Shown: piece after piece, positions 11,078-21,687 of the stretch
Layout of the letters: every line of letters begins with the position of its first letter
Numbering within the stretch: the first letter of the stretch is position 1
From: Candidatus Woesearchaeota archaeon
Lineage (GTDB): Archaea; Nanobdellota; Nanobdellia; Woesearchaeales; JABGUJ01
Reading direction: 5' to 3'
NCBI GenBank assembly: GCA_018646625.1
Contig: JABGUJ010000001.1
Span: 193,534-257,533, forward strand
Length of the DNA stretch: 64,000 bases
Position numbers and translations under genes: made by a program
The notes under the pieces: model-generated
Seen by the model: only the letters and a program-made list of their open reading frames with translations
Databases searched by the model: none
What the model was told of the DNA's origin: nothing

Positions 11078-11152
11078 CGGACCTGAGGGGATTCGAACCC
11101 CCGGTCTACAGCTTAGGAGGCTGTCGCCCTATCCAGACTAGGCTACAGGTCC
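11078..11152 (-). tRNA. tRNA-Arg(CCT), no intron, CCA not encoded
   Basis: Reverse complement GGACCTGTAGCCTAGTCTGGATAGGGCGACAGCCTCCTAAGCTGTAGACCGGGGGTTCGAATCCCCTCAGGTCCG folds as a cloverleaf; anticodon arm ACAGC-CT CCT AA-GCTGT; T-loop TTCGAAT. Confidence 0.97.
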
Positions 11153-11210
11153 ATCTATTCATAAGGATTAGCAAACATTTTTAAGGGTTTGCCTTTTTAA
11201 ATAGAAAGAT

Positions 11211-12140
11211 ATGTATCAGATAAAGGCTAAACCGGAAGAATTCGTAGTAATTGAAAAAAGCACTCTTGAACCAAAAAAAGATGGAGAGTATGCCTGCTAC
11301 AGACTTGAAAAATTAAACAAGACAACATTAGAATCCATAATACAAATTGCAAAATTTCTACACATTCCATTGAAACACATAGGATTCGCAGGCACCAAAG
11401 ACAAAGCCGCAAAAACATCTCAACTAATATCCATTAAGGGTCATCCAGAAAAAAGACTTGAAAGTTTCAAAAGCAAAGAAATAACACTAACAGCTCTAGG
11501 AAGATTAGATAATCCTATCAGCCTAGGAAAACTTGAAGGTAATTTCTTCGAAATTGTTGTAAGAAACATCGACAATGCACCTAAAGAACTCAAACAATTC
11601 AAGAATTATTTTGGAGAACAAAGATTTAGCACCAACAACACAGAAGTTGGAAGAGCACTAATAAAACAAGACTTCAAAACTGCTTGTGAACTTATTGATC
11701 ATAAAGAGATTGCAGAATCTCTATCAACACAACCAACAAATTTCAATGCAGCAATAAGAAAGTTACCTAAAAAAATAATCATGCTATATCTGCACGCGTA
11801 TCAATCATTTTTATGGAACACCATTGCAGAGAAAATAAACAAAGATACTATCCTGCCAATAATTGGATTTGGAACAGAGTTCGAAGACGAAGAAATAGAA
11901 CAAGCCTACAAAGAACTTATGAAAAAAGAAAACATAACTTTACGAGACTTCATAATAAAACCCCTGCCTAACCACAGTTTAGAAGGAGATTCAAGACAAG
12001 TATACACAAAAATCAAAGAATTGATCATAGGCAACTTAGAAGAAGACGAACTAAATAAAGGCAAGAAGAAATGCACAGTCAAATTCTTTCTAGAAAAAGG
12101 GTGTTACGCTACTGAAGCTGTTAAAGCAATAATGACTTAG
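11211..12140 (+). CDS. truD: tRNA pseudouridine(13) synthase
   Basis: GFAGTKDKAAKTSQ, LEGNFFEI, NYFGEQRF, AYQSFLWN, GCYAT. Confidence 0.95.
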   Translation: MYQIKAKPEEFVVIEKSTLEPKKDGEYACYRLEKLNKTTLESIIQIAKFLHIPLKHIGFAGTKDKAAKTSQLISIKGHPEKRLESFKSKEITLTALGRLDNPISLGKLEGNFFEIVVRNIDNAPKELKQFKNYFGEQRFSTNNTEVGRALIKQDFKTACELIDHKEIAESLSTQPTNFNAAIRKLPKKIIMLYLHAYQSFLWNTIAEKINKDTILPIIGFGTEFEDEEIEQAYKELMKKENITLRDFIIKPLPNHSLEGDSRQVYTKIKELIIGNLEEDELNKGKKKCTVKFFLEKGCYATEAVKAIMT

Positions 12141-12170
12141 TTTTAATAGCAAAGTTATGTACAATTAGTT

Positions 12171-12500
12171 CTATTTTTTTAGTTGATTCACTAAACCTTG
12201 TAAAATTAATATAATTGATAATACAATTAATACCAAAGCACAAGTACCATACAAGAACATAGTAGTTTTAATAACTTGAGCTTGTAACATGAGATTTGAT
12301 ACTAAATGACCAGATATTCCAATGAGTGTCCCGTTAGTTCCTTGACTAACCTCCCCCCATACACCAGTTATACCAGCGCCAGTAATTACAGCCCCAATAT
12401 AAACATATTTTATGATAAATATAGAACCAATAATGGTCGCAACAAGAAGCAAAATACCAAAATAAAATTGAATTTTCCCAATTCTTTCTTTAGTAATCAT
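12171..12500 (-). CDS. Small membrane protein (2 TM)
   Basis: Two long hydrophobic segments; TATA-like TATATA upstream. Confidence 0.65.
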   Translation of the reverse strand: MITKERIGKIQFYFGILLLVATIIGSIFIIKYVYIGAVITGAGITGVWGEVSQGTNGTLIGISGHLVSNLMLQAQVIKTTMFLYGTCALVLIVLSIILILQGLVNQLKK

Positions 12501-12540
12501 ATTATAAACTAATGTACTCTTTTCAATATATAAATCTGTC

Positions 12541-12954
12541 TTATTTAATCTTACGTCTATATGAAAGATTCAATAAATCTAATTCTTCAACCAAATTCAA
12601 CATATTAGGAGATAATTTATTACTCTTCAACTCAAAAATAGGAACCCAAGCAAAATGATCAAACTTGTCTGGCTCCCCTACCAATAACTGACTTTCATTT
12701 TTCAATCTCGATAAAAACCAGACATAAGTCATAACATAGCCATTTTCTTCAAAATCCTTAACACCTAATTGTTTAACGATTTCAACATCACAGCACAACT
12801 CTTCCTTCAACTCACGAATTGCCGCATCCTCGCTACCCTCGCCTTCATCAACCTTTCCACCAGGCAACTCATACCATCCGGTCTTAGAACGATTAAGAAG
12901 CAAAATAGCATTATTCTTTAGAATTACACATCCAGCTAAAGTTATCTTATCCAT
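12541..12954 (-). CDS. NUDIX hydrolase
   Basis: ELPGGKVDEGEGSEDAAIRELKEEL. Confidence 0.9.
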   Translation of the reverse strand: MDKITLAGCVILKNNAILLLNRSKTGWYELPGGKVDEGEGSEDAAIRELKEELCCDVEIVKQLGVKDFEENGYVMTYVWFLSRLKNESQLLVGEPDKFDHFAWVPIFELKSNKLSPNMLNLVEELDLLNLSYRRKIK

Positions 12955-12985
12955 AGAAGAAATAATCTAAGATAATATAAAAGCA

Positions 12986-14011
12986 TTATGGAACCGACTT
13001 AGGAAACTCAACATAACTATCAAGATCTCTTAAAAAACAGATTCTGCTATCAGGAAACATCGCAGAGTGTGCAACAACTGCCCGCCTTACTCTTCTAAAC
13101 GCATCATCTAAACTTCTATAATCATTCACATTACCAAACAACTGCCCTGTAGAAGGATCATATGCACACAACAAAATATTGCCGTTCGAATCCACACCAA
13201 AACCATTATGGATAAAACCACATTTTCTTTCTAAGGTCGTTCCACTCATACCCCCGTTATCCGATACACTTAACGCAATATTCTTAATTCGTTCATACTC
13301 TTCGTCAGAGTTACACAGCCCGCTAGATGAAAAACATCCCATCTTAATAGGATAATTACAAATAAACATCACATCATCTCCACAGTACTCTTTCATCTCA
13401 TCAACGTCATGTAGATTAGCACCACTTAATGCCATATTCACCGCCAACTTGTAAACAGAATAACCTTCGACATTATCAACAGAGAATTGCTCTCTAGCAT
13501 ACTGCAAATTTGCCATCACCCTCTCAAAAGAATTGGAAGGACCCCTTTTCAAAGCATGATACTTTCCCTCATCTAGAGTATCAACACTCACAACTAAAGA
13601 GACATCTTTATCTTTCAAAAAGTCAACCATATTTTTATCTAGATAATAGCCATTTGTAAACTGAAGAACATGAACTCCCATACTATTAGTGCACTCAATC
13701 AGCCTTCGATAATTATCAAGTAAGTCTTCCTCAGTCTCGCCACGTCCTGCAAGAAAAGTTTCCCCCTTCCCTGCAACAAACAAGGCTTTTATTCCCAACT
13801 GAAGCCTTGCACTTTCAACAATTTCTATAAAAGAATCAATAGACAGCTCCGTCCCAGTTCTATCTGGCACACCTTGCACACACTTCAAACAATTATAATT
13901 GCACCTATCAGACTCATTAAGTCCTAAATAGGTTGCATCTTCCAAACCACCACCCAAACGTTCATAATATTTAGGTGTAAACGCAAGTAACTTCTCAATC
14001 ATGTTTATCAC
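12986..14011 (-). CDS. Radical SAM protein with C-terminal SPASM/twitch-like cysteines
   Basis: CNYNCLKC (CX3CX2C), GKGET, FTNG, VSVDT, C-terminal CGF...GNILLC. Confidence 0.88.
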   Translation of the reverse strand: MINMIEKLLAFTPKYYERLGGGLEDATYLGLNESDRCNYNCLKCVQGVPDRTGTELSIDSFIEIVESARLQLGIKALFVAGKGETFLAGRGETEEDLLDNYRRLIECTNSMGVHVLQFTNGYYLDKNMVDFLKDKDVSLVVSVDTLDEGKYHALKRGPSNSFERVMANLQYAREQFSVDNVEGYSVYKLAVNMALSGANLHDVDEMKEYCGDDVMFICNYPIKMGCFSSSGLCNSDEEYERIKNIALSVSDNGGMSGTTLERKCGFIHNGFGVDSNGNILLCAYDPSTGQLFGNVNDYRSLDDAFRRVRRAVVAHSAMFPDSRICFLRDLDSYVEFPKSVP

Positions 14012-14105
14012 TCATAGGTAGTTCAGATACAGTTTAATAAAATGTTTTCCAGAAATATTTTACACTATCGCTAAATTAATATAACATAAGAGATTTTGTA
14101 ATAGA

Positions 14106-15083
14106 ATGGACCTAAAAGACAGAAAGATTCTATACCAACTTGATGTAAACTCAAGACAGACAAACTCGGAGATTGCAAAGAAAGTAGGCCTATCAAAACA
14201 AGTAGTAGGATTCAGAATTAAAAAATTAATTGAAGAAAAAGTCATTTCATTCTTTTACTCAGTTATAGACATTTCAAAACTGGGCTTCACAGTTCACAAA
14301 GCCTTTCTCAGATTACAAAATATCGATAGAGAAAAAGAAAAAGAACTAATAGAATTTTTAGTACTACACCCAAATGTTGTGTGGATTGCAAGCTGCGATG
14401 GTAGATTCGACTTAGCATTCGGCACATGGGCAAAAGACATGGATTTCTTAGACAAAACTCTAACAGAACTAAATACCAAATTCGGGGAATACATCGCAGA
14501 AAGACAAATTTCATCCATAATCAGAGGAGATTATTTCGTTAGAGACTATTTGATAAGTAGAAAAGAACCAAGCGACTACAGAGAATCATTCTTCGGAGCA
14601 GTACCTGCCGCAGTAAAAATGGATAGTAACGATTGGAGCATTCTAGTAGCGCTCGGAAGAAACTCAAGAACCACCGCAGTAGATATCTCAAAGGAAATGT
14701 CATTAAGCACAGACGCAATCATAGATAGAATAAAAAAACTAGAAAAATCTGGCGTAATAAGGCACTACAACTTCGTACCAAATGAATCTCAATATCCTTA
14801 CCTACATTATAAAGTTCTAATAGGATTCAAAAATATTTCAGAAGAGCGAGAAAGAACACTCAGAGAATATTGCAGAATCAACCCAAACATCGTCTACATC
14901 GTGAAGTCGCTAGGACCATGGGAGTTTGAGATTGATCTAGAAATTAAAAACGCAGAAAAATTCAGAGAAATAATGATGGATATTAAAACAAAGTTCAACG
15001 ATATATTGAAAGACTATTCCGCCCTACACATTTATCAGATTCATAAATACAACTTTTGCCCAAGTACACAAAACAAAAACTAA
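14106..15083 (+). CDS. Tandem (double) Lrp/AsnC transcriptional regulator
   Basis: DLKDRKILYQLDVNSR HTH plus a second HTH/RAM unit; GRFDL and GPWEFE. Confidence 0.92.
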   Translation: MDLKDRKILYQLDVNSRQTNSEIAKKVGLSKQVVGFRIKKLIEEKVISFFYSVIDISKLGFTVHKAFLRLQNIDREKEKELIEFLVLHPNVVWIASCDGRFDLAFGTWAKDMDFLDKTLTELNTKFGEYIAERQISSIIRGDYFVRDYLISRKEPSDYRESFFGAVPAAVKMDSNDWSILVALGRNSRTTAVDISKEMSLSTDAIIDRIKKLEKSGVIRHYNFVPNESQYPYLHYKVLIGFKNISEERERTLREYCRINPNIVYIVKSLGPWEFEIDLEIKNAEKFREIMMDIKTKFNDILKDYSALHIYQIHKYNFCPSTQNKN

Positions 15084-15598
15084 AACCTATCTAATTGCGT
15101 TCTTAATTGTTCAAGTTCATAACCAACAGTATAAGAATATAACTCACCAACTTCTGGAACCAATAAACTAAAAATAGGATCTCGTTCACCAGTTCTATAA
15201 TCAATATCACTATCAGAAACAAGAAGAATTGATTTAGCAGAGTTAGGAGTATGACTTCCAGGATTACATACACACAACAGCAACCCAGAATAGTTACCAT
15301 CTACTTCATTCACCCATGACTGAACAGAATGTTCCCTTCCCTCATCAAAATAAACCCATTCACCATTTGTATCAGCATGTGCTGCCAACAAGGCATATTT
15401 TTCTAAACCATGAACTAGGCCATAAAGATCGATATACTCTCTATACTCTGGCGTGTTTCCAAAAAATTGATTTAATTTTTCATCCAAGAATGTCTGTGCA
15501 TCGGCAATAGATTCAAGACTACCACATCTTTCATGATCTCCAAGATACAAATCTGCTTGTCCGAGTTCAAATGTTCTCATACAAGATGAATTACACAC
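15080..15598 (-). CDS. Hypothetical protein
   Basis: 172-aa ORF filling the gap, TATA-like element upstream; no recognisable family. Confidence 0.6.
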   Translation of the reverse strand: MCNSSCMRTFELGQADLYLGDHERCGSLESIADAQTFLDEKLNQFFGNTPEYREYIDLYGLVHGLEKYALLAAHADTNGEWVYFDEGREHSVQSWVNEVDGNYSGLLLCVCNPGSHTPNSAKSILLVSDSDIDYRTGERDPIFSLLVPEVGELYSYTVGYELEQLRTQLDRF

Positions 15599-15644
15599 TA
15601 ACGAGAATAATCTAAGCTATATACAATATATACATTCTAAGAAA

Positions 15645-16412
15645 TCAGTGCACATGCACAGGACCATAAACAGTAATTAAAGCAACAAGAGCAACACCCA
15701 AAACAATTGCAAAAATATGGAGTATCGTATCTTTTAATTTACAATGTCGATGTAATTGGGGAACTAAATTTGACGCTGCAATATAAATAAAGTTACCAGC
15801 AGCAAAAGGAATTATAAAGTCTATAAAGCCATGTAATTTATCAATCAAAAGAATTCCAATCACCGTACCAATTATCGCAGTGACTGCAGACATAACATTA
15901 AACAGCAATGCTTTTTTTCTAGACATGCCCGAATAAATCAATACACCAAAATCTGCAATCTCTTGAGGAATTTCATGAAAGATAATAGAGATAGTAGCTG
16001 CAACACCTAAAGTAACATTAACAGCATACGCACCAGCAATAACCAAACCATCAATAAAATTATGAACAGCATCTCCAATCAAATTAATTGGCGCTAAATG
16101 ATAAGCATGGCTATGACCACACCCGTTCTTTTCACATTTCTTCTGATGATGAGAATGAATAAATTTCTCTAGAATAAACATAACTAAAAACCCCGACAAA
16201 ATAAATAATGAAGCCCCAATACCATGGCTATGCTCCATGACTTCTGGTAAAAAATTCATAAAAACAGTACTCAACAACACACCCACTGAAAAGCTAAGTA
16301 AAAACAATAACACCTTACTAGATATCTTCTTCTTCAACAAGAAAGGTATCGCAAATACAATCGATACCAAAGACACTACAAGGACACTAATCAGCGCATA
16401 CATCACATTCAT
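15645..16412 (-). CDS. ZIP-family divalent metal transporter
   Basis: GDAVHNFIDG, HEIPQEIADF, His-rich loop, AAGNFIYIA. Confidence 0.94.
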   Translation of the reverse strand: MNVMYALISVLVVSLVSIVFAIPFLLKKKISSKVLLFLLSFSVGVLLSTVFMNFLPEVMEHSHGIGASLFILSGFLVMFILEKFIHSHHQKKCEKNGCGHSHAYHLAPINLIGDAVHNFIDGLVIAGAYAVNVTLGVAATISIIFHEIPQEIADFGVLIYSGMSRKKALLFNVMSAVTAIIGTVIGILLIDKLHGFIDFIIPFAAGNFIYIAASNLVPQLHRHCKLKDTILHIFAIVLGVALVALITVYGPVHVH

Positions 16413-16454
16413 ACTACGAAAAGTACGGTGATCATATATAAAGATTACCAGTCA

Positions 16455-17810
16455 TCAAGCTCCAATATCCTTCTCAATAACATCAACAATCTCTTTAGCA
16501 AAACCTTCAATCTGTGTCTGATCTGGCCCTTCAATCATAATTCTACACTTCGCACCCGTACCAGAATATCTAACATAAACCCTACCTGACGAACCTAATT
16601 CGGCCTCAATCTCTTTAATTTTCTCAGAATAACCAGGAATCAATTCAAGATCTTTTTTCTCTTTAACCTTTACTCCTGACAATACCTGAGGATAAAGCTT
16701 CATCTCTGAACCCAACTCAGACATTTTTCTACTTGAAGACTTCATAACACTCAAAAGATTAAGTGCAGTAATTATACCATCGCCAGTCGTAACGTGATCT
16801 AAGAAGATAACATGTCCCGATTTTTCCCCACCAAGATTATAATCATTTTTTCTCATTTCTTCAAGAACATATCTATCACCACAATCTGCTCTAACCAAAG
16901 AACCACCGATAGATTCCATTGCTTTTGCCAAACCTAAATTACTATAATGAGTTGCAACAATAGAATTCTTCTTCAATTTGCCTTTAGACATAAGATACTT
17001 AGCAAGGATAAACATTACTTTATCTCCATCAACAATAGCACCCGTCTCATCTATAACAATTAATCTATCCGCATCACCATCTAAAGCAATACCAACATCA
17101 GCTTTTTCCGATAAAACCTTTTCACGCAACTGCTCAACATGCAAAGCACCACAATTATCATTAATGTTCAACCCGTTAGGACGACTATTAATCACTTTAA
17201 TCGTAGCACCAAGCTCAACAAAAACATAAGGCGCAGAAGCATACGCTGCCCCGTTTGCACAATCGATAACCAACTTCAACCCTTCTAAACGTTCATAATT
17301 AATTGAAGCTTTAGCAAATTCAATATACCTACCTTTACCTTCTTCAACCTTATACGCTTTACCTAACGCATCTCCACTGATATGTTCAGAATTAATATCC
17401 TTATTAAGAATCCAATCTTCGATCTCATTCTCCATTTCATCAGGAAGTTTAAAACCGTCATGAGTAAATATCTTAATACCATTATCGTGCGCAGCATTAT
17501 GAGACGCTGTCAACATAATCCCAAAATCACAATTCATAGACTTTGTCAAATGTGCAATACCTGGAGTCGGAATTGGACCAATCAATAAAACATTAGCACC
17601 CATAGACAACAAACCAGAAGCTAAAGCATATTCTAACATATAGCCACTAAGCCGAGTATCTTTACCTATCACTACCTTTGGCTTTCTACCTGGAACCTTA
17701 CCAGACAAAACCTTTGCAACCGCCTTACCAACCTTCATAGCTAGCTCCGGCGTCATTGGATAAACATTAGCCATTCCTCTTATTCCATCAGTACCAAATA
17801 ATTTTCCCAT
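16455..17810 (-). CDS. glmM: Phosphoglucosamine mutase
   Basis: LFGTDGIRG, GKDTRLSG, TASHN, DGDADR, GGEKSGH, RYSGT. Confidence 0.96.
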   Translation of the reverse strand: MGKLFGTDGIRGMANVYPMTPELAMKVGKAVAKVLSGKVPGRKPKVVIGKDTRLSGYMLEYALASGLLSMGANVLLIGPIPTPGIAHLTKSMNCDFGIMLTASHNAAHDNGIKIFTHDGFKLPDEMENEIEDWILNKDINSEHISGDALGKAYKVEEGKGRYIEFAKASINYERLEGLKLVIDCANGAAYASAPYVFVELGATIKVINSRPNGLNINDNCGALHVEQLREKVLSEKADVGIALDGDADRLIVIDETGAIVDGDKVMFILAKYLMSKGKLKKNSIVATHYSNLGLAKAMESIGGSLVRADCGDRYVLEEMRKNDYNLGGEKSGHVIFLDHVTTGDGIITALNLLSVMKSSSRKMSELGSEMKLYPQVLSGVKVKEKKDLELIPGYSEKIKEIEAELGSSGRVYVRYSGTGAKCRIMIEGPDQTQIEGFAKEIVDVIEKDIGA

Positions 17811-18460
17811 TATAGACCACCTAATTTCTTAATAAAATCTAGACTCACACTTCCAAGAGACTTGATAACTTGATCAGCCTCGGTAAAATCTTGATCTTTT
17901 GTATATTCATTTGGAACAGCTACACAAACCATCCCCGCAGCTTTAGCCGCTTTTACTCCAATCGCAGTATCTTCAACTACTAAACATTCAGATGCCTCCA
18001 ACTCTAATCGTTTTCTAACAATATCATAAACCAAAGGCTCTGGTTTTCTCACATCACAATCATCGAATGTAATCACAACATCAAAAACACTTCCAAAATC
18101 GTATTTCTTAAGAAACAATTCTTCTACAAAATCCGCAGGAGAAGATGTAGCCAAAGCAATCTTAATATTATAGTGTTTTAATAATTTAAATACTTCTTTA
18201 ACAAACGGAAACAATTTTGCTTCCGCCACCAAATCTAAAAAATGTCTTCGCACATCGTGATTGAACTTCTCAACATCAACAGGATACTTCTTTACCAACT
18301 CAACCAAATAATCAGCAGGATGTCTGCCCGTAACAAAAGCATTGTCTTCTGCAGTCAAATTAAATCCTTGATTTTGAAATGATAGCGCCGCAGCACCTAA
18401 ATTAGAACCCTCAGAATCTCTCAATACTCCATCCAAATCAAATATAACTGCCTTAATCAT
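17810..18460 (-). CDS. HAD-IA sugar phosphatase / beta-PGM-like
   Basis: IFDLDGVL, LATSS, RKPEP, VVEDTAIGVKAAKAAGM. Confidence 0.88.
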   Translation of the reverse strand: MIKAVIFDLDGVLRDSEGSNLGAAALSFQNQGFNLTAEDNAFVTGRHPADYLVELVKKYPVDVEKFNHDVRRHFLDLVAEAKLFPFVKEVFKLLKHYNIKIALATSSPADFVEELFLKKYDFGSVFDVVITFDDCDVRKPEPLVYDIVRKRLELEASECLVVEDTAIGVKAAKAAGMVCVAVPNEYTKDQDFTEADQVIKSLGSVSLDFIKKLGGL

Positions 18461-20220
18461 TTTACTGTCACACTCTTTGCCAAGTTTCTGGGCATGTCAA
18501 CATCACAACCCTTTTCCACAGCTAAATAATATGCCAACAATTGTATCGGCACAATATTAACAATTGGAGATGCATCTCCTACATCCGGTACCTTGATCCA
18601 AAAATCAAATATACTATTATCCTCTGGAGATACCCCAATAATATACCCGCCGCGCGCTTTAACTTCCATCGCGTTACCTAATATTTCTTCTTTAACATCA
18701 TCATTCGCAACAAAAACAATACATGGTGTGCCCTTATCTATCAAAGCAATCGGACCGTGCTTCAATTCACCACCTGCAAAACCTTCTGCATGAATATAAC
18801 TTACTTCTTGAATCTTAATCGAAGCCTCTAGAGCTATAGAGTAGTTTAACCCTCTACCTAAAACATACATACTCTCCCAATCAACAATCTTACATGCTAA
18901 TTTTTTAATACTATTACAAAACTGATCATTTAACATCAAATTTAATTTGTTTGACGCATCCTTCAACAAATTCATACCTTCATCATACTTATCAGCCGCC
19001 GCATAAGCCAACAAAATACACTGTGCAAGCTGCGCAGTCGTTGCCTTAGTCGAACAAACCGATTTCTCAGGACCAACATTATTCAACAACGCATAATCGG
19101 ACTGTCTCATGATAGAACTACCCATAACATTCACCAAAGAAACAACCTTACCGTTTCGTTTCTTCATAACTTCAATCGCTTCTAACGTATCCGCAGTCTC
19201 ACCACTTTGAGAAACAACCAACAACAATGATTTATCTGTTAAGAAATGATGATAACTAGGAAACTCAGAACCTAATGAAAAATTAATATGTTTATGGGTT
19301 ATGCTGGAAAAGGCATACGTCGCAGCCAAACAAACCTTAGCCGCAGTCCCACACCCAACAGCATAAGTACCAAACGCACCATTAAGTGCATTTGCAATCT
19401 CCATAACCGCATCTTTCTCTTGCGCAATAGAATCGGCAACAGTAGTTCTCTGCTCCATAATCTCTTTAATCATAAAGTGAGGATAATCTCCCTTTTGCGC
19501 TTGCTTAATATCCCAACTCACATGAGACACTTCTCTATCAATCTCTTCCCCAGTCACAGAATTAATAATATGATAACTATCGTTCAACACAACAACATCA
19601 TTATCTTGCATAAACACAACATCTTTAGTATACTTTACAATTGGAGACGCATCGGACGCTAAAATATACTCGCCATCGCCAACCCCCAATATTAATGGAG
19701 AACCATTTCTCGCACCAATTATCTTACCACTAACAGAATCAATAAGTACAACAGCATTCCTACCCTTTAATCGAGAAAATGCACTTCTAAATCCCTCTAT
19801 CAACTCTTTATCTTTCAGTTCTTCTTGAATAATATAAGCAATAACTTCCGTGTCAGTCTCAGACTTAAAATTATAACCTTTCTGCACCAATTCTTTCTTC
19901 AAGTCTTGATAATTTTCCACAATACCGTTCTGCACAATAGCAAAACGTTTATCCAAAGAATAATGAGGATGCGCATTCTCCGTAGTAACGCCACCATGAG
20001 TCGCCCATCGTGTATGACCAATAGCCAAACTACTTTTTGACAAATCTATATCTTCAATCATCCACTTACCAATCTTACCAATATCTTTTACAACATCCAA
20101 CTCAGAACTTAACGAGGCAATACCCCAACTATCATACCCTCTATACTCTAATGCTTTGAGACCATTCAAAACTACTTCGGATGCGTTCCGCTGTCCTTTA
20201 TATCCAATTATGCCACACAT
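18457..20220 (-). CDS. glmS: Glutamine-fructose-6-phosphate aminotransferase
   Basis: MCGIIG, LEYRGYDS, GHTRWATHG, SQSGETADT, ELKHGP, PRNLAKSVT. Confidence 0.98.
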   Translation of the reverse strand: MCGIIGYKGQRNASEVVLNGLKALEYRGYDSWGIASLSSELDVVKDIGKIGKWMIEDIDLSKSSLAIGHTRWATHGGVTTENAHPHYSLDKRFAIVQNGIVENYQDLKKELVQKGYNFKSETDTEVIAYIIQEELKDKELIEGFRSAFSRLKGRNAVVLIDSVSGKIIGARNGSPLILGVGDGEYILASDASPIVKYTKDVVFMQDNDVVVLNDSYHIINSVTGEEIDREVSHVSWDIKQAQKGDYPHFMIKEIMEQRTTVADSIAQEKDAVMEIANALNGAFGTYAVGCGTAAKVCLAATYAFSSITHKHINFSLGSEFPSYHHFLTDKSLLLVVSQSGETADTLEAIEVMKKRNGKVVSLVNVMGSSIMRQSDYALLNNVGPEKSVCSTKATTAQLAQCILLAYAAADKYDEGMNLLKDASNKLNLMLNDQFCNSIKKLACKIVDWESMYVLGRGLNYSIALEASIKIQEVSYIHAEGFAGGELKHGPIALIDKGTPCIVFVANDDVKEEILGNAMEVKARGGYIIGVSPEDNSIFDFWIKVPDVGDASPIVNIVPIQLLAYYLAVEKGCDVDMPRNLAKSVTVK

Positions 20221-20229
20221 AGAATCAAC

Positions 20230-21417
20230 CTACTTTAGTTTATCCTCTTTTACAGTTTCGCCAGGAAGAGTTGTCGTACCAGGCCAAAGTTTTCTACCCG
20301 GATACATCATGGTATTAATACCTGTTTTAACGTCATCTCCAATAAACGCACCTAATTTCTTTGTTCCTGTATCAACTTTTTTACCATTCAATACAGTTTT
20401 ATGCACACCAGCATCATGCCTATAATCGGCAGTTACTAAAAATGCACCAACATTAATATTGGCCCCTAAAACTGAATGAGCTATGTAAGCAGTATGTTTG
20501 CATTTCGTATTCTCCAAAATAACAGCGTCGAACAATTCAACATTATTCCCCATAAAACAACCACTAGCAATACTAGTATTAGGTCTAATGTATGCCTTAG
20601 GACCAATAGTACAATTCTCACCAATATATGCCGGACCTTCAATATACGTGCCTGACTTAATCACAGTACCTTTACCAACACAAACATTACCTTTGATCAC
20701 AACGCCTTCTTCAATTTCACCCTCGATCTTACTCTCAGTAAACCTATTCAAGAAAAAGACATTAGCCTTCAAAATATCCCAAGGATAACCAACCGTGATC
20801 CAATAATCTTGAATAATCTCACATTCCATCTTACCTGAAGAGATTAAATGCTTAACATAATCAGTAACTTCATACTCTCCTCGCTCTGTCTCCTTCAACT
20901 CATGCTCAAAAATAGATGCATCAAAAACAAAACTCCCAACATTAGCTAAGTTTGTCTTAGGAACAGAAGGCTTTTCTTCTAAACCAATAACCTTCTTACC
21001 ATCAACTTCTACTATTCCAAACCTTTCAGGATGTTCAACTTCTTTAACCAACATACAATAGTCATGCTGTAATGCTTTTTCAATATCAGTTCGCGAAAGA
21101 ATATCATCCCCATAAAGAACTAAGAATCTATCATCTAAATGAGATCGCGCCTGCAACAAAGCATGACCTGTGCCTTTTGCTTCGCCTTGATCTACATACT
21201 TCAAAGGAACATCTCTATAAGAATCTCCAAAATACTCTTCGATCATTTCTTTCTTATATTCAACTACAAGAACAATTTCATCCACCAATCCAATAATTGA
21301 ATCCATAATTCTCTCTAGAACGTTCTTACCACCAAATTCAATCAAAGACTTGGGTCTTGTCAATGTTAATGGATAAGTCCTGGTTGACTTTCCTGCCGCT
21401 AAAATTACCGCTTTCAT
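20230..21417 (-). CDS. glmU: Bifunctional sugar-1-phosphate nucleotidylyltransferase/acetyltransferase (archaeal GlmU-like)
   Basis: ILAAGKSTR...PK, EEKP, hexapeptide LbH C-terminus, KLGAFIGDDVKTGIN; first gene of the glmS/glmM operon. Confidence 0.85.
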   Translation of the reverse strand: MKAVILAAGKSTRTYPLTLTRPKSLIEFGGKNVLERIMDSIIGLVDEIVLVVEYKKEMIEEYFGDSYRDVPLKYVDQGEAKGTGHALLQARSHLDDRFLVLYGDDILSRTDIEKALQHDYCMLVKEVEHPERFGIVEVDGKKVIGLEEKPSVPKTNLANVGSFVFDASIFEHELKETERGEYEVTDYVKHLISSGKMECEIIQDYWITVGYPWDILKANVFFLNRFTESKIEGEIEEGVVIKGNVCVGKGTVIKSGTYIEGPAYIGENCTIGPKAYIRPNTSIASGCFMGNNVELFDAVILENTKCKHTAYIAHSVLGANINVGAFLVTADYRHDAGVHKTVLNGKKVDTGTKKLGAFIGDDVKTGINTMMYPGRKLWPGTTTLPGETVKEDKLK

Positions 21418-21600
21418 CTAATAAAGAACTAACCACCAACTTATATAGTTAATTAAAAAAACATTTATAATATTAACACATAAATAGTAGAAAAACAAGG
21501 AGAAAAGCAGTAAAAAGGCACAAAAACACCAAAAAAAGCAAAATATACTAAAAATAGACTAGTAATAATTAAACAACAAAGATAATAATAATAAACAAAG

Positions 21601-21650
21601 ACAATTAATAAAGAAAAACAACAATTAATAGGAAAGAATAACAATTAATA
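21601..21650. repeat. Three exact ACAATTAATA direct repeats at 20-bp period
   Basis: Copies at 21601, 21621 and 21641, just upstream of TTTATAAA (21657-21664). Confidence 0.85.
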
Positions 21651-21656
21651 ACAACA

Positions 21657-21664
21657 TTTATAAA
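21657..21664 (+). promoter_or_regulatory. Putative TATA box of the ArsR-like regulator gene
   Basis: TTTATAAA about 24-31 bp upstream of ATG 21688 (leaderless spacing). Confidence 0.6.
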
Positions 21665-21687
21665 ATATTATAACCAAATAAGTAACA

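Noticed and set aside
11078..15600. Integrated element at tRNA-Arg
   Set aside because: No integrase and no duplicated tRNA 3' end noticed; truD flanks the tRNA
21601..21650. Repeat-spacer pattern as a mini-CRISPR or replication origin
   Set aside because: 10-bp repeats with 10-bp spacers are far too short; no cas genes, no cdc6/orc gene, no ORB-like G-string and no visible skew switch
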